Below, one piece after another: positions 61,755 through 64,000 of a DNA stretch of 64,000 nucleotides. The stretch's first letter is position 1, and the number at the start of each line of letters is the position of its first letter. Made by a program: the position numbers and the translations under genes. The notes below the pieces were generated by a model. That model was given only the letters and a program-made list of their open reading frames with translations, ran no database searches and was not told the DNA's origin. The stretch comes from Lophium mytilinum. Taxonomy: Eukaryota. The stretch covers positions 17,765 to 81,764 of the forward strand of contig MU004186.1 of assembly GCA_010093605.1 (NCBI GenBank). The letters are read 5' to 3'.

Positions 61755-62780
61755 ATGTCGTACTTCGACATCCTGGTCGAAGAGGGCTACACCGTCCTTG
61801 TCGAGAACCTCACCAATCCACTGACGTGGAGTCTGTTACTGAAACCCGACACCATCTTAGTTACGCGTCGCATCCGAAAATACGTGCTGAATGGCGACAC
61901 AACAGAGGCATGGCGATTGAAGGAGTCCTACAAGGACACATTCGCTATGGAAGCCATCGCAGTAAGTTGATTCGTCCCAGTCAGAAACACTCTATCAGAA
62001 ATTACACAGGCGCAATGGAAGAAATCGTGCTGATCGGGCCATCTCAAGGCTGCCATCATCGCCCAAATCGCCATCACCATGCCCGGTCTCGCAGACTTCG
62101 GCAACATCCACTGGACCGCGACAGCCTTCGCCTACACCAGCCTTGTCAGCGGCCTGCTATCCACCTTCTTCTCCTTCTACGTCCAGCAGATCCTATCCGA
62201 CCTGCACCGTCCAGAAGACGTGCAAGAGTGGCTGACGTCTCCGCGCAAGACTCCCCTCGATCGCCTCCTCAGCAAGATCAGCGCGCGGCATCGTCGCTGG
62301 CAGGAGGCGCAAGCTGCCAAGTCAGAGAATGCAGTCGACAGGATCCCCTCCATCACCGCCGCAGCGGCGCTGACTGCTCCAAGCAGGCTGCTAGCTTTCT
62401 CGATTGTAACGCTTTTCGTGGCGCTGGGCGTCTATCTCGGCTCTGTGTACACCGCGAATCTCGGCACGCTGAAGGGCCCGAATGGCAATCTTGCAGTCTT
62501 GTTGTTCTTCATCGTCTTTACGACGTGGGCGATTGTGGAGGTCTTCCTCCCGCTGAATACTAAGCAAGTGGAGCAAATTGCCGGATTGCCAAACTTGTCA
62601 GGACGGCCAAGTACTGGTATTCGCAGCAACCAGGTTGATGCAGAGACGAGTGCGGCAACGGCGAACTCAGGCGGCACATCAGACACGGATGCGGTCATCC
62701 GGCGGGCGCTAGAAGCATCGATCCATGCTCAGGAGGAAAGCCTGAAAGCACAGAAGGCGCTATTGCGATTGTTGCTTTGA
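61755..62780 (+). CDS. Fungal hypothetical multi-pass membrane protein
   Basis: Exons 61755-61961 and 62049-62780 join in frame. Several hydrophobic segments (AAIIAQIAIT, HWTATAFAYTSLVSGLLS, LLAFSIVTLFVALGVYLG). Confidence 0.75.
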
Positions 62781-63189
62781 CAGATTCGTGCAATTTGAGT
62801 CGTATTCACAAGCTCGTCTCTCTTGCCTTCCATGGGAATGCTATTTTCGCTCGCTTTGTGGCTGGATGATTCCTGCAATATCGTTTCGTACGGTGCATAA
62901 TTCCGCTGCTCTGAGTAGAAATAAACGGGCTGATTACTGGACAGGTCATTTTTCTAACGTCGAGGTCGACATCAACGATGGAAGTGCGCGCCATGCTCTT
63001 TTTTGAAGCCTCTGAATAGAAACGTGTGGAGGTAATGCCGCTCGATCTCGATCCGCGATGCGATCCACAGAGGGAGCTAGCTACCGTCAGTACGGTGTGC
63101 CTAGCTATGAACGACGGAGCTGAATCATATGATAGAACACCGTCTGAACATATCCATTTGGCACATAACTTGCTCTTCAGATGCTAGTC

Positions 63190-63570
63190 TTAGACAGAAG
63201 CAGATAACAGACGCACTAGCATAACTGCTCGGGCTACTACGTCGACATCTATCTTGGTTGAGAGCGTGTCGATGATACCCCTTGCTGTTTCAGCAGCAGA
63301 GATATCGAATACATCTCCGTCGTCCGTATCGAATTCATCTGTATCGTCCGGACCGAAGTCATCTTCTTCATTCAGAGTGGTGGCGTCTTCCGGTGTGCTT
63401 TCTACGGTGGCGTCGAGGGGCGGTTTCCAGTTCAGACGCTTCGACTCGCCCTCCGCCAAAGTGACATCAGCCTTCCTTTTGCGAGTTCCCGTTTCATGGC
63501 CGTCAACTCTTTTCTTGAGAGCTTTTATTTCGCCATCGATGAAGGGCAGATGGAAGAAGCTGCTGGCTGA
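63190..63570 (-). CDS. Fragment of a hypothetical protein (basic RKRK + acidic tract); gene structure unresolved
   Basis: Open frame FFHLPFIDGEIKALKKR..TRKRK..EEDDFGPDDTDEFD. Start and exon structure are not determined. Confidence 0.3.
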   Translation of the reverse strand, partial: SASSFFHLPFIDGEIKALKKRVDGHETGTRKRKADVTLAEGESKRLNWKPPLDATVESTPEDATTLNEEDDFGPDDTDEFDTDDGDVFDISAAETARGIIDTLSTKIDVDVVARAVMLVRLLSASV

Positions 63571-64000
63571 TCAATGAATTGCTCGAATGGTGCAACGGTT
63601 CTGCTTTGGGATGTTCAAACCTGTCATTGTCATCAACAAGATGACGCGGTGCTGGGGTAACGTCATAAAACGACGTGGCCGGAGTGCTTCATGGCTCTGG
63701 AAGGTGTTCGGAACTAAACGCCCAAGCCACTACGCCTTCAATTCATGGTGTTCAGTGTCCAGACTGGGGCGTGGTCACTAATTCGATGATGGCTCTCAAC
63801 AACCAGAAGAAGATCATGGAGATACTCGCTGGTGGAAATAGTACGAACCAATGGCAGCTAGGTGGGCAGAAAAGGGAGAAAGGGCTGATTTCATCACCAA
63901 CCTCCCCTACCAATGCCTCTAAACATTCGACAGCTGCCGGCCACATGGAAGGGTGCCCCGCTTCTACTTCTTCCTTCGTGATCGCCTTTCATCCACCACG

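Overview
This is filamentous-ascomycete genomic DNA (short GT..CTAAC..AG introns, strong RIP signature) with four zones. (1) 1-~10.3 kb is an extremely AT/TpA-rich, RIP-degraded block that I cannot decode. (2) ~10.3-32 kb is a gene-poor accessory zone of broken ORFs, diverged duplications, four hAT-type MITE-like elements (three with recognisable 8-bp target-site duplications) and a higher-order tandem array. (3) 32.7-45.0 kb is a compact, intact five-gene block with unusual content: a Zn2Cys6 + His-Cys-box (I-PpoI-like) nuclease + C2H2 protein, an orphan protein with a basic NLS-like motif, a small I9-like protease inhibitor, a RING-ubiquitin-like fusion, and a 1674-aa UPF1-like SF1 helicase with a WG/GW-repeat tail. 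It is followed by a pseudogene whose predicted intron acceptor lies in the last two codons of the next gene. (4) 46.3-64 kb holds ordinary-looking genes: an FAD monooxygenase, two Dal5/ACS-type MFS transporters, an F-box/ankyrin protein, a single-pass membrane protein, the NRPS-like glycine betaine reductase ATRR and a membrane protein. The five-gene block is the best candidate for an undescribed selfish or genome-conflict system. I could not identify a transposase or tyrosine recombinase. All family assignments come from reading motifs by eye, with no database searches.
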